From IMG/VR virus record IMGVR_UViG_3300049846_001252: a stretch of 64,000 nucleotides of DNA; one strand, written 5' to 3'. This DNA comes from a virus. Lineage: Duplodnaviria; Heunggongvirae; Uroviricota; Caudoviricetes. This document shows positions 55,369 through 64,000 of the stretch, piece after piece; position 1 is the first letter of the stretch, and every line of letters starts with the position of its first letter. The notes beneath the pieces are model-generated. The model was not told the DNA's origin. It worked only from the letters and a program-made list of their open reading frames with translations, and made no database searches. Both the position numbers and the translations under genes were made by a program.

Positions 55369-57426
55369 TTATGTTATATTAGGTAAGTTGCCCTGTGGAG
55401 TTAATGGTAAATTTTCTAATGGAGCAGGGGGGGTTGGAATGTTTGGTAAATTTTCAGGCATAGCTATTCCCATCTGATCCATCTGTGTTGCAACAGGTTC
55501 TCCACCTTGAACGTTTTGAATTTGTCCGCCTTGCATAGATTGGTTTGACGGCATTTGTTCTTGCTGTGGACCTACTGGAGATCCACCTTGCGGACCTAGC
55601 GGCTGTTGATCTAACATACGAAGTGTATCCGGATCAGTAGTTCGAAGTAAATTAATGTGTTCTTGAATATGCTCAGAAACTCTCTTTACTAACTCTGGAT
55701 TAAAGCGCAACTCTGGATCTGATAATACAACACTATGTTCTTTGATATGTAATAGGTGATCGTCAGTAAATACAGCAATAACCGGCTCACCGCTTACTAG
55801 TCGCTCATTCTCTCCTCTAACTAAGTAGATTTGAGATTCAGTGTCTTCAGTCATAATATCTAATTGACCAGTTTTAACAACAGTAATGTATTCTTGTGGA
55901 CTCTTGAACATATTCATCTGAAGAAGCTGCTCTGCCATTTCCACACGTCCGGCAGTAGTTTGAGCAAGAGGGTTTCCGATATCAACAACAACTCTATTCA
56001 CTTGTGATAAATCATCTCCAACAAATTCTTTCATGTAAGTATAATTTGACTTACCAGTAATTGCTGCAACTCTCGGAACGCTCGCGTGGTCCTTAAGAAT
56101 ATTAATAAGTCCAGTTCCAATATCTTCAACGAATGAAACATATGACTGCTGAAGTCCTGACATGAATTGAATTGTCATACTTTGGATAAGAGCTAACGCG
56201 TTTCCTGAACGTAATTGTGGGTCTGGATTTCCTCTAGATACAGAGTTAACACCAGAAATAATTTCAATGTCTTTTACTAACATTTCTATTAGCTTAAACG
56301 TTTCAGCCGGAGTAGCAGTTAGCTGTAACGGCTTAATTTCGCCATATTGAGTGTTAGCTTCTACGATATTCAATCCACCAGATAATTCACTCATTGAAAC
56401 ATCGGCACCTCTAGGTACTAGAATATTCTGAACAGCAAACGCTGTATTATTTGTAACTGCGGCACTATATAAGGTATTTAAAACGTCTTGCAATGGAAGG
56501 ATATCGAATAAATCGGTATATCCATATGCCGTTCCCAAAATATTTGCCGGGCATACTTTATAAACAGGCAAATCTCTATATGGCATATTGTCATCAATCA
56601 GGACTACGTCGCCCGATAGGAAAAGCATGTAACGACCATTTTCCATACTCTCAGTTCGTTTATGATAAAATTCATAAATAGGAATTAAATCAGTCTGATC
56701 AAACGTAAACGTATCAATTGTAAAATTTTCAATTTGAGATTTAGTCGGAAGGCGTAGGATCTCTTCTCGGAACTCAGGATACTTAGCGGCAATGTCAAAG
56801 CGGTTTTTAAAGCTACGACATAATACCCAGTCATGCCTATCGTCTTCTCTGTTGGTATCAAATACAACGTCAAATGGAGATAGATTTACAAACTGAACAT
56901 CTCCCTCACGAATATCAACGTCCAACTCTTCATTGTAATCATAAACTTCACCGCTCATTGCGTTCCATTCCATTTTAATATACCCGGAACCCATTACAAT
57001 TGCATGTTCAGCGGCAAGGTTTAAATACTTTTCAAGACGCTTTTCCCGCATATAGTAATCGAGTAAGCTATTTGCTAATTTCGTCTGAACCAGTGATTTG
57101 TAATCTGCATTTGATGCCCTGGCTTGAAGTGATGGTCTAGTTGCCGTAATAAATGTGTGAATGCGACGAGCAACGTTTCGTAAGTGGTTTACAGACATCT
57201 GAACCAGTTCACCTTGTTCTCCACCAAAGGTAATAGTATGGGCGCTGTCGTTATCAGTGAAATATGCTCCGTGATATGCTGCCCACATAGTTCGGATTTT
57301 GTTAAGATAGCCATTACTGTCTAGACTTAAAAACCAATTATGTGCCTTATCTAGTAGGACTACGGCGGTATCTTTGGAGTCTTTTGCTGCAAAGTATATT
57401 TCGCCTCTGGGATGATTGTTATCCAT
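55369..57426 (-). CDS. portal protein (putative)
   Basis: 685 aa, immediately downstream of TerL; Gln/Pro-rich C-terminal tail. Confidence 0.5.
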   Translation of the reverse strand: MDNNHPRGEIYFAAKDSKDTAVVLLDKAHNWFLSLDSNGYLNKIRTMWAAYHGAYFTDNDSAHTITFGGEQGELVQMSVNHLRNVARRIHTFITATRPSLQARASNADYKSLVQTKLANSLLDYYMREKRLEKYLNLAAEHAIVMGSGYIKMEWNAMSGEVYDYNEELDVDIREGDVQFVNLSPFDVVFDTNREDDRHDWVLCRSFKNRFDIAAKYPEFREEILRLPTKSQIENFTIDTFTFDQTDLIPIYEFYHKRTESMENGRYMLFLSGDVVLIDDNMPYRDLPVYKVCPANILGTAYGYTDLFDILPLQDVLNTLYSAAVTNNTAFAVQNILVPRGADVSMSELSGGLNIVEANTQYGEIKPLQLTATPAETFKLIEMLVKDIEIISGVNSVSRGNPDPQLRSGNALALIQSMTIQFMSGLQQSYVSFVEDIGTGLINILKDHASVPRVAAITGKSNYTYMKEFVGDDLSQVNRVVVDIGNPLAQTTAGRVEMAEQLLQMNMFKSPQEYITVVKTGQLDIMTEDTESQIYLVRGENERLVSGEPVIAVFTDDHLLHIKEHSVVLSDPELRFNPELVKRVSEHIQEHINLLRTTDPDTLRMLDQQPLGPQGGSPVGPQQEQMPSNQSMQGGQIQNVQGGEPVATQMDQMGIAMPENLPNIPTPPAPLENLPLTPQGNLPNIT

Positions 57427-57440
57427 GTAAACCTCTAAAA

Positions 57441-58961
57441 TTACTTGTTAAATTTCTTAAATGATGTCTTAAGTTTGAACTGATCTTCAAGCTTCGATAT
57501 TCCTGCTGGCTTGTGTGGCGTATAATGCGGATTTATAAATAAATCAGACATTTTACCCATCTTATTATGTCGATAATTCGGCGGGTAAGGATTTCGATTC
57601 TGATCTATATTGCGAACCAAGTACACAAGAGCGTCAATAAAGTCATAGTGTCCGTTGTCTGGACTTCTGACATAATCCTTACGTTCTTTATTCCAGGTGC
57701 CATTTTCTACGTGACTAATCAGTTGTTTGCATTTTGGATTGATAATAATGCGCCGCTCGGCCATCATAGTACGGACAGTATTAACGTGAGCTTGCTTATT
57801 CGATTTATCTGTAGGAAGAAATACTAGTCCATGATCTTTGATTAAGTCATTAAGAAAAATAAGGTTATTATCACTGACCCGTATTTTGGGTTCATGCTGT
57901 TCATTTGTTAGAGAATTAAACCATAACTCTTTCTCTTTATCCTTGACAGCATTAGCAACAACTGTAGTTGTCATCTTTGCTCCATTGATGGAGAATTCGT
58001 CTTCAATAACGATTACTGCATTATCAAAATCATAATATGCGAATAGAATTGCAGTTAAATCTTTAAATCCAATATCCATAGAAACATATCTATCGCAAAA
58101 CGCAGGTCGTGGCCAATTAACTACAACATCGTCTTTTACCCCGGTAAATTCCGGAACAACAGCAAACTCCGAATTCTTGATTACTTTACATAAGTACTCA
58201 GTTCTGAATTCGTCAGACTCTCTTCCGCCAGGAATTGCTTTTATAATGTCGGCTACTATTTCCTCGGTGATACGAGGCTTCTTCTCTGTCTTGCCATCTT
58301 CTACTGCGTCATCTATAGTTTTTCTAACTAAGGTCTTATTTGTCTCAGCGTTTTCTAGGTATTTTACAAACTCATGCTCTGGGTTTGGGGGAGTTGTGGA
58401 CGAGAGTATAATTCGACCCTTAGTCAACGTAGTAGTGGGAATAAGGATTTGATTAATAATATATTTTAAATCAGAACAGAATCCGGCCTCGTCTATAATT
58501 GCTAGGTCCGCATCGCCTCCTCGAAGTTTTTCGTGATTACCGTTATCAGTTCCAGCCAATTGAATTTCTGACCCATTAGGAAATGCATAGATATTATCCA
58601 TAGTCTTAAACTGCGGTCTAAGATCCGGGGGACAATCTCGAAGTATCTTATCCATAATGGGGCGAATGTTCATACGAACCATTTTTTGTTCTGGCTGAAG
58701 CATTTTAACTATAGATCCGGGACGTTGGAGGCATTGCTCGATTGCTATGATAGCTAAAGCGAAACTTTTCCCTAGACGACGACTTGCGTTTACTGTAACA
58801 ACTTTTTCTTTACACTCATCTTTAAAGAACGCGTATATTTTCTTCTGAGTAGCATCAAGCTTCCAGGAAAGATCTCCCATGAACCATAACCTATGTCTGG
58901 CTTCTAGGATTTCTTTACTTTTTGCTGAAGATGGTGGATTATTCGTCATCAGGTAAATCAC
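57441..58961 (-). CDS. terL: terminase large subunit
   Basis: Walker A NASRRLGKS; Walker B DLAIIDEAGF; C-terminal nuclease-like acidic residues; 506 aa. Confidence 0.8.
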   Translation of the reverse strand: MIYLMTNNPPSSAKSKEILEARHRLWFMGDLSWKLDATQKKIYAFFKDECKEKVVTVNASRRLGKSFALAIIAIEQCLQRPGSIVKMLQPEQKMVRMNIRPIMDKILRDCPPDLRPQFKTMDNIYAFPNGSEIQLAGTDNGNHEKLRGGDADLAIIDEAGFCSDLKYIINQILIPTTTLTKGRIILSSTTPPNPEHEFVKYLENAETNKTLVRKTIDDAVEDGKTEKKPRITEEIVADIIKAIPGGRESDEFRTEYLCKVIKNSEFAVVPEFTGVKDDVVVNWPRPAFCDRYVSMDIGFKDLTAILFAYYDFDNAVIVIEDEFSINGAKMTTTVVANAVKDKEKELWFNSLTNEQHEPKIRVSDNNLIFLNDLIKDHGLVFLPTDKSNKQAHVNTVRTMMAERRIIINPKCKQLISHVENGTWNKERKDYVRSPDNGHYDFIDALVYLVRNIDQNRNPYPPNYRHNKMGKMSDLFINPHYTPHKPAGISKLEDQFKLKTSFKKFNK

Positions 58962-59412
58962 GATCCATAGGCGAAGCTGCTAGAGAGAGAAGTTTAGTTC
59001 GTTCTTCAGACTTGGCAGGTAACTTACGATAGTCAGCATTTACTGTCGTTGGATCGCCTTTAGCTAGTCGTTTATTTTTAACCAATAAGTCGTATTTTTT
59101 AACTTCTTCTAGAGTTAGTTCGCCAACTTCAGCTTTTTTCTTAAGTCGTTCTAATTGCAATTCAGCTATATGTTCTTCTTCAGTAACTTCAATTCTAATA
59201 ATGTTGGATTCATTTGACCCAGTAAGAAGTTTTTTTAAATGCTCAATTTCGGATTTTCTGGACTCAAGTTCGGCTAAGAGTTTATCCACAGTTTGAGATA
59301 AAGCGACGTTGTCTTGTTCCATTTTAGCAAGATTCTTGCGTAATATAGATGTAGATAGACCTTTAGTCATATCTACAGGATTAGAAGTATCGTTTTGTTT
59401 TTTGCGAGTCAT
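58939..59412 (-). CDS. terminase small subunit (putative)
   Basis: 157-aa coiled-coil protein overlapping the terL start. Confidence 0.4.
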   Translation of the reverse strand: MTRKKQNDTSNPVDMTKGLSTSILRKNLAKMEQDNVALSQTVDKLLAELESRKSEIEHLKKLLTGSNESNIIRIEVTEEEHIAELQLERLKKKAEVGELTLEEVKKYDLLVKNKRLAKGDPTTVNADYRKLPAKSEERTKLLSLAASPMDRDLPDDE

Positions 59413-59743
59413 TAGTATTAGCCACGGCGATATTGTCTGCGGATTTAATTATATTGTGGTCACGTTTAAGTCCCTGCGCAACACGAGCAGCATTAATAGC
59501 GCCTTTTAGATCATCTAATTCGCGCTTAATATCTTGGTGTCGATCTTCTAATTCAGTTTTAACTTCTTGATAACGATCTTCCCCACGTTTATGCATAAAG
59601 TGCTGGTAACAAAAAACGGCACCTAATGCAGTTAATGCGATGGCTTCGCCGACATTGCCGCCGACTGTAATAAAACGTATAGTTAATGAGGTAAGTAGAA
59701 TAGAGACAAGACTGTCTCGAAAGAAATTTTTTATTTTTTCCAT
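59381..59743 (-). CDS. holin-like two-TM membrane protein
   Basis: start set at ATG 59743 (AAAGGGA RBS); two TM helices plus a charged C-terminus; position before terS as in T7 gp17.5. Confidence 0.35.
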   Translation of the reverse strand: MEKIKNFFRDSLVSILLTSLTIRFITVGGNVGEAIALTALGAVFCYQHFMHKRGEDRYQEVKTELEDRHQDIKRELDDLKGAINAARVAQGLKRDHNIIKSADNIAVANTNDSQKTKRYF

Positions 59744-59899
59744 TGACTTACGTCCCTTTCGGATGGTAAGATAATATTTAATTATGATGAAGTTGGGTTT
59801 GCGTGATAACCGTTTCGCCTCTTTGGGCATTTGCCCATTATGGGCTTATTGTCCTTTGCGTAACCGTATATTCATCTACCTATACTTGTTAAAGAAAAC

Positions 59900-60112
59900 T
59901 TGAAAGGGTTGAATGATATGGGTAAATATATATTTAAGAAGTTAAAGGATGAGAATAATCATTTTGATACAACTACCGTTACTATGGAAGTTGAGACCTG
60001 TGGGCTAGTTGAACTAATCGAGGCGTTTGAAGAATTTCTTGCCGCCTCGGGATTTGGTATGAATAAGCTTGATATAGTTGACAATGACGAGGTATTGGAC
60101 GGAGAAGGCTAA
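59900..60112 (+). CDS. hypothetical acidic protein
   Basis: ORF. Confidence 0.35.
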   Translation: MKGLNDMGKYIFKKLKDENNHFDTTTVTMEVETCGLVELIEAFEEFLAASGFGMNKLDIVDNDEVLDGEG

Positions 60113-60115
60113 TTC

Positions 60116-60322
60116 GTGCCCAAGAAACCAACAATAGAAGAAGAAATATTTGACGATGTGGCACAGATTTTGCATTATGAAAAGTGCAAGGATAAACTAC
60201 GTTTAATGTGGCATTTAGCTAAATTAGAACTTGACTTAGAATTATATCATGCTAAGATGGGTATAGAACATAAGGAATCTAAGAACGTATTGGAGTATTA
60301 CAGTAGATTATGGAACATATAG
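60116..60322 (+). CDS. hypothetical protein
   Basis: ORF. Confidence 0.35.
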   Translation: MPKKPTIEEEIFDDVAQILHYEKCKDKLRLMWHLAKLELDLELYHAKMGIEHKESKNVLEYYSRLWNI

Positions 60323-60510
60323 AAAATAGATTAAAGACTAATCTGGAAATAATTAAGATATTAGAACAGTATATAATTTCTAATCCAGAGCTTCGATTCA
60401 ACCAAGCATTATGTGCTCTTGGGCTAGACTCATCTCGAAATTATGTCTCACAAACGCCATTTTTTTATGAAGAATCAGAAGATACATTAAAACTATTAAA
60501 GGACAAATAA
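60310..60510 (+). CDS. hypothetical protein
   Basis: ORF. Confidence 0.35.
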   Translation: MEHIENRLKTNLEIIKILEQYIISNPELRFNQALCALGLDSSRNYVSQTPFFYEESEDTLKLLKDK

Positions 60511-60514
60511 GAAC

Positions 60515-61972
60515 ATGCTAAATAAATTATACCAAAAATATATAGATCTAATACTAGATACAAAGCCTGGATTAGCGTGGAAAAGTGTTAGATTTGTTAT
60601 TCACTGGATCACCCTTCCGATAAAGCTTCTATTAATTGGCGGATTGGGCATGTACCAAATTTTCAGACAAGAACTGTTCGTTCGTAGACGAATGGCACCA
60701 CCTTCTCCGACATTAGACGTAAAACAAAAACATTTATTACATGTTATAAATAAACTTCCAGTATATACCAATTCTGAAAAAAAATTACAATTATATGTAA
60801 ACAGAGTTCCGTATACCGATAATCCGACAGGGTTTAATCACAATACCGATCACCAAGCAGCAAGACATGGAGTATATGCCTTTGCGATGAGGCGACTTGG
60901 ATTAAATAACGAACTAATAGATAACGCTCTGTCTCTACATATGAGAAACGGAAAATTAGCTCGCGGATATCGATGGGACCAAGTAGACAAAGCTATAATC
61001 ATGAATTACAACACGGTATCCGGGGACATGTTAATAGGAGCGTCTATGGGCATGATGGATATTAAGAAGGAAATAATCTTTTCCCAAGAAGATCCAGATA
61101 AAATTTTAGACGTTCAGGCTAACTACTTATTTGAAGCCTATGATGTTATGTTAGAAAATATTATTAATAACGATTATGCATTACTGGAAGGCTCTCGTCC
61201 TGAAGATGGCGATATTAACCAAGCTATGTGGGATAGAATACAGAAGTATAATGAAAAAGCAATAAATCCATTAACTATGAAATCACTGAGAGCGTGTTGG
61301 CAGCCAGGACTTGAAACAGTAGGGGCTCAGGCGTTAACTATTCTGGCAGCAGTACGTATTGGTGATAAAATTATCGGGGCAAGTTATGCCAAGAAAGAGT
61401 ATAAGAAATTACTCTGGCGATATGGATATGGGTTATTGTCGCTAATCCCCACAGCTTTCACTCAAGATCGACGTGGATATTTCAATGATAGTAATTGTAT
61501 GCAAGCATTATATATTCTGTCACGTCTAGCTGACGGAAAATTAGGAAGATTGTTCTGGAAAATACCAATGATGTACGTATGGCTTCTAAGTAGAAAATGG
61601 CACAATCCATTTTTCACCGGGCTCCTAGAAGACGCACATCCGGGCACTGTATCAGAAAAATACATCGACGCAACAAAAGCATATTTATACGAAGAAGAAC
61701 CAAATTTAACTCATTATTTTGAAGGAAGCATGGACTTAGTGCCGAAAGAATATCCTGTTAAATTTAACGAGATGAATCAGCAAGAATTCATGGTGGACGA
61801 ACCGCAAACAAAAATGTTTAAGCCACCATATGATGAAGGATTAAGAGTAAACCCAATGTGGGCAGTACCCAGGTATAGAACTGGTTTAGGATTCCTAATA
61901 AGTATGGTTATGTTAGAGAAAAATCCAAAGGAGTTAATGAATGTTAGCAATGCTATTGACCCTATTACTTAA
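60515..61972 (+). CDS. membrane-anchored 485-aa protein of unknown function
   Basis: N-terminal TM (WITLPIKLLLIGGLGMY); large soluble domain; no family recognised. Confidence 0.45.
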   Translation: MLNKLYQKYIDLILDTKPGLAWKSVRFVIHWITLPIKLLLIGGLGMYQIFRQELFVRRRMAPPSPTLDVKQKHLLHVINKLPVYTNSEKKLQLYVNRVPYTDNPTGFNHNTDHQAARHGVYAFAMRRLGLNNELIDNALSLHMRNGKLARGYRWDQVDKAIIMNYNTVSGDMLIGASMGMMDIKKEIIFSQEDPDKILDVQANYLFEAYDVMLENIINNDYALLEGSRPEDGDINQAMWDRIQKYNEKAINPLTMKSLRACWQPGLETVGAQALTILAAVRIGDKIIGASYAKKEYKKLLWRYGYGLLSLIPTAFTQDRRGYFNDSNCMQALYILSRLADGKLGRLFWKIPMMYVWLLSRKWHNPFFTGLLEDAHPGTVSEKYIDATKAYLYEEEPNLTHYFEGSMDLVPKEYPVKFNEMNQQEFMVDEPQTKMFKPPYDEGLRVNPMWAVPRYRTGLGFLISMVMLEKNPKELMNVSNAIDPIT

Positions 61973-62657
61973 TATTAGTCATGCACAAGTTAGTATTATG
62001 GTGATTGACAGTGGAATTCCTAAAAATTACAAAGATTTTCCTAAATGTAATATGGAAGCAGGTGATTATACCGGAACTGGGCTGACGGATACTATTGGCC
62101 ACGGAAATAATATCGCTAACTTGATTCTAACCGAGTTAAAAGGTGTTCCAATAAATTCATATTGTTTTATATTTATGAAAGTATTTGATTCTAAACCGGT
62201 CGATTCATTAAAATCAACGTTAGAGTCACTAAATTTTGCAGCAGTATATAAGCCGGACTTTGTGAACTACAGTGCTGGTGGAGCAGATAGATCAGAATCA
62301 GAATTAATACTAGTCAAAGAAATATTAAGGAATAATACTAAACTATTTGTTGCTGCGGGAAATAAAGGACAGAATCTATCAAAAGTTTGTAACTACTATC
62401 CTGCATGTTACAATTTAGAATTATATAATGAGAACTTAATTGTTGTTGGAAATGGTAAGAACAACGATAAACGAGCTAAGAGTAGTAATTATGGTTTAGA
62501 TATAGTAAAGACATGGGAAGATGGACAGAATAAATGCTTTAAGGGGGAGTGTATGTCAGGAACAAGTCAGTCTACCGCCATAGCTCTAGGTAAAGCTGTA
62601 AAGAAATTTATTATCGAAAAATATGGCACAGGAATAACTAGAGGTCCGGCTAAATGA
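61941..62657 (+). CDS. subtilisin-like (S8) serine protease, compact, with signal peptide
   Basis: signal MLAMLLTLLLNISHAQ; Asp VIDSGI, His GHGNNIANL, Ser MSGTSQSTA triad contexts. Confidence 0.6.
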   Translation: MLAMLLTLLLNISHAQVSIMVIDSGIPKNYKDFPKCNMEAGDYTGTGLTDTIGHGNNIANLILTELKGVPINSYCFIFMKVFDSKPVDSLKSTLESLNFAAVYKPDFVNYSAGGADRSESELILVKEILRNNTKLFVAAGNKGQNLSKVCNYYPACYNLELYNENLIVVGNGKNNDKRAKSSNYGLDIVKTWEDGQNKCFKGECMSGTSQSTAIALGKAVKKFIIEKYGTGITRGPAK

Positions 62658-62905
62658 TACTATGTTCTGAAAAATTAAAATTGAATAATGCGAAATATGG
62701 GCCTAGGGAAAATTCTCCAGTAAATTTAAGCGTAATTGAACGTATAGAAAAAGGTCGAGAACGTTATTACCCAGACAATGAAGGAATACCCGCGATTATA
62801 TTTTATAGAGATGGAAAAAACGTATATCAGTGGATGTTCGATAAGGGTGAAGAACAGTTAAGAGATAAGTGTTTTAATCGAATTATAAAAGAAGCAAATG
62901 ATTAA
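62654..62905 (+). CDS. hypothetical protein
   Basis: ORF. Confidence 0.35.
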   Translation: MILCSEKLKLNNAKYGPRENSPVNLSVIERIEKGRERYYPDNEGIPAIIFYRDGKNVYQWMFDKGEEQLRDKCFNRIIKEAND

Positions 62906-63179
62906 AGAGTTCTTAATTATAGCTACTTGCGTTCAAGGTTATACTAATGGATGTGAAAAATCCTATGATCAGTATTATCAAGAACAGCCAGCGTTAAGAG
63001 AGCGACTCGATTATTTCCAGAGATGGACTGAAGAAATTGCTGGAAAAGAAATGCTCAGAGTATACGGTCCTATATTTTTATTAGCTACTGGACGAGAAGG
63101 AACTATTAAGTTACATAGAAACTGGTCAATAACTGGAACATTGAATAAACAGAAATTGGAGTATAAATATGAGTGGTAA
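62898..63179 (+). CDS. hypothetical protein
   Basis: ORF. Confidence 0.35.
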   Translation: MIKEFLIIATCVQGYTNGCEKSYDQYYQEQPALRERLDYFQRWTEEIAGKEMLRVYGPIFLLATGREGTIKLHRNWSITGTLNKQKLEYKYEW

Positions 63180-63408
63180 TAACGAAGACGACTTTTTTAG
63201 CGATGGAGACGAGGCTAGGGGACATGAGTATGAGATCTTATCACAGATTGCCGAACTATGTACTGAATTAGGCTGGGATGTTATGCTTCCAACCAACGAG
63301 GAGATTGTTCCTGGTCTAGTTATTGGGAATGAGGACTTTTTGGCTGAAATGGGAAATACATACGAAAAGGCGTTAGTTAAGTTTAAAGAACTGGAGAAGC
63401 TCCACTAG
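63169..63408 (+). CDS. hypothetical acidic protein
   Basis: ORF. Confidence 0.35.
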   Translation: MSGNNEDDFFSDGDEARGHEYEILSQIAELCTELGWDVMLPTNEEIVPGLVIGNEDFLAEMGNTYEKALVKFKELEKLH

Positions 63409-63645
63409 ATGGAATACATTATTTTTTTTATCATCGGAATGATTGTTAGTTTTGTAATGGGAGTGAGGGCCGGGCGATTGTACGCTGCCGATATAATGGA
63501 TAAGTTGATGTCTATTATTGTTTATAATCTGGAAAAAGCTGGAGTTGAGTCGGAGACTATTAAGAAAGCAATGGCCGATGCCGCGAAATCGTATGTAGAA
63601 TCAGAATTATCTAGAAGCAATATAGATGAGAAGTCCGAGGACTAG
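63409..63645 (+). CDS. small membrane protein
   Basis: N-terminal TM IIFFIIGMIVSFVMGV. Confidence 0.35.
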   Translation: MEYIIFFIIGMIVSFVMGVRAGRLYAADIMDKLMSIIVYNLEKAGVESETIKKAMADAAKSYVESELSRSNIDEKSED

Positions 63646-63733
63646 TAATCTATAAGCAGTTAGCATTATGCGCTTGCGTGTACCTTTAAACGTTACTTTA
63701 GATTTATTGTCTTTTGGATTCATATAACTTATT

Positions 63734-63988
63734 TTAGCCATGCTTCTCCAAATAAGTGTCTATATCTTTAGGGGTTATTAAGTTTTTCGGTTTATTAAAT
63801 TTAACTTCTAGTGTTTCTTCAAGAATATCGGCAACTAATTCAGAACAAATATAACCTTTACTGTCAACAACCTTATATTTTATATTTAAGTTAATACATA
63901 TATCGTTTATGACAATTTTAGGAAGTTCGTCAAATCCGTACTCTATTCCCGCTAGATCTATGCACCGTTGTTTTAATTTAATTAACAA
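63734..63988 (-). CDS. hypothetical protein (may be 5'-truncated by the window end)
   Basis: ORF reaches within 12 nt of the window edge. Confidence 0.3.
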   Translation of the reverse strand: MLIKLKQRCIDLAGIEYGFDELPKIVINDICINLNIKYKVVDSKGYICSELVADILEETLEVKFNKPKNLITPKDIDTYLEKHG

Positions 63989-64000
63989 CTCGTCGGAAAT

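Noticed and set aside
57567-58452. Plus-strand ORFs inside terL (57567..57827, 57838..58035, 58177..58452) and in the portal and scaffold genes (56493..56681, 53554..53823, 52652..52984)
   Set aside because: They are antisense to genes with recognised motifs, and their products are low-complexity.
60515-61972. Thought the 485-aa membrane protein might be LanC-like (lanthionine cyclase), given the downstream subtilase
   Set aside because: I could not find the LanC GxAHG, WCxG or CHG motifs. Only a vague ACWQPG resemblance exists, so it is left as unknown.
1-64000. Search for tRNA genes, rRNA and CRISPR arrays
   Set aside because: I found no T-loop-like GTTCGA/GGTTCRANYC contexts with matching acceptor stems, and no regularly spaced direct repeats with spacers. 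The only tandem repeats are intragenic (tail fiber) and protein-coding.

Overview
This window reads as one contiguous piece of a low-GC (about 35% G+C by eye), densely packed tailed dsDNA phage genome. I found no rRNA, tRNA or CRISPR arrays.

Layout:
- **1..29190 (+ strand):** about 60 early, nucleotide-metabolism and replication genes. These include a UDG-like protein; a PPP-family phosphatase; a Pol-beta nucleotidyltransferase, a T4-Pnk-like kinase/phosphatase and an RNA ligase, which together look like an RNA-repair cassette; a secreted S1 protease; a Cas4-like Fe-S nuclease; MazG; two further metallophosphoesterases; an SPFH/flotillin-like protein; an Erf-like annealase; an AEP-primase/DnaB-helicase fusion; a family-B DNA polymerase split over two frames; LAGLIDADG and HNH homing endonucleases; an AAA+ ATPase; a HAD phosphatase; peptide deformylase; and a membrane-anchored ClpP-like protease.
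- **59743..29187 (- strand):** a converging virion and lysis module. In order it carries a holin-like protein, TerS, TerL, portal, a GH24 lysozyme-like protein, scaffold, major capsid followed by a strong terminator, a Vsr/Hef-like homing endonuclease, an M15 endolysin, two about 900-aa repeat-rich tail fibers with a Dps-like miniferritin between them, a 1152-aa structural protein, and four Gln/Gly/Ala-rich low-complexity proteins.
- **59900..63645 (+ strand):** an accessory block with a 485-aa membrane-anchored protein and a small subtilisin-like protease.

Observations I would check first:
- a 139-codon open frame with no start codon, directly in frame after the TAG stop of the 1152-aa structural gene;
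- the +1 frame split of PolB between motifs B and C;
- the adjacent NTase, Pnk and RNA ligase genes;
- a Dps-like gene inside the tail-fiber cluster;
- four unrelated proteases together with a peptide deformylase;
- a perfect 10-bp palindrome upstream of a small NTase-fold gene.

All calls rest on reading the translated ORFs and the nucleotide sequence by eye; no database searches were run.
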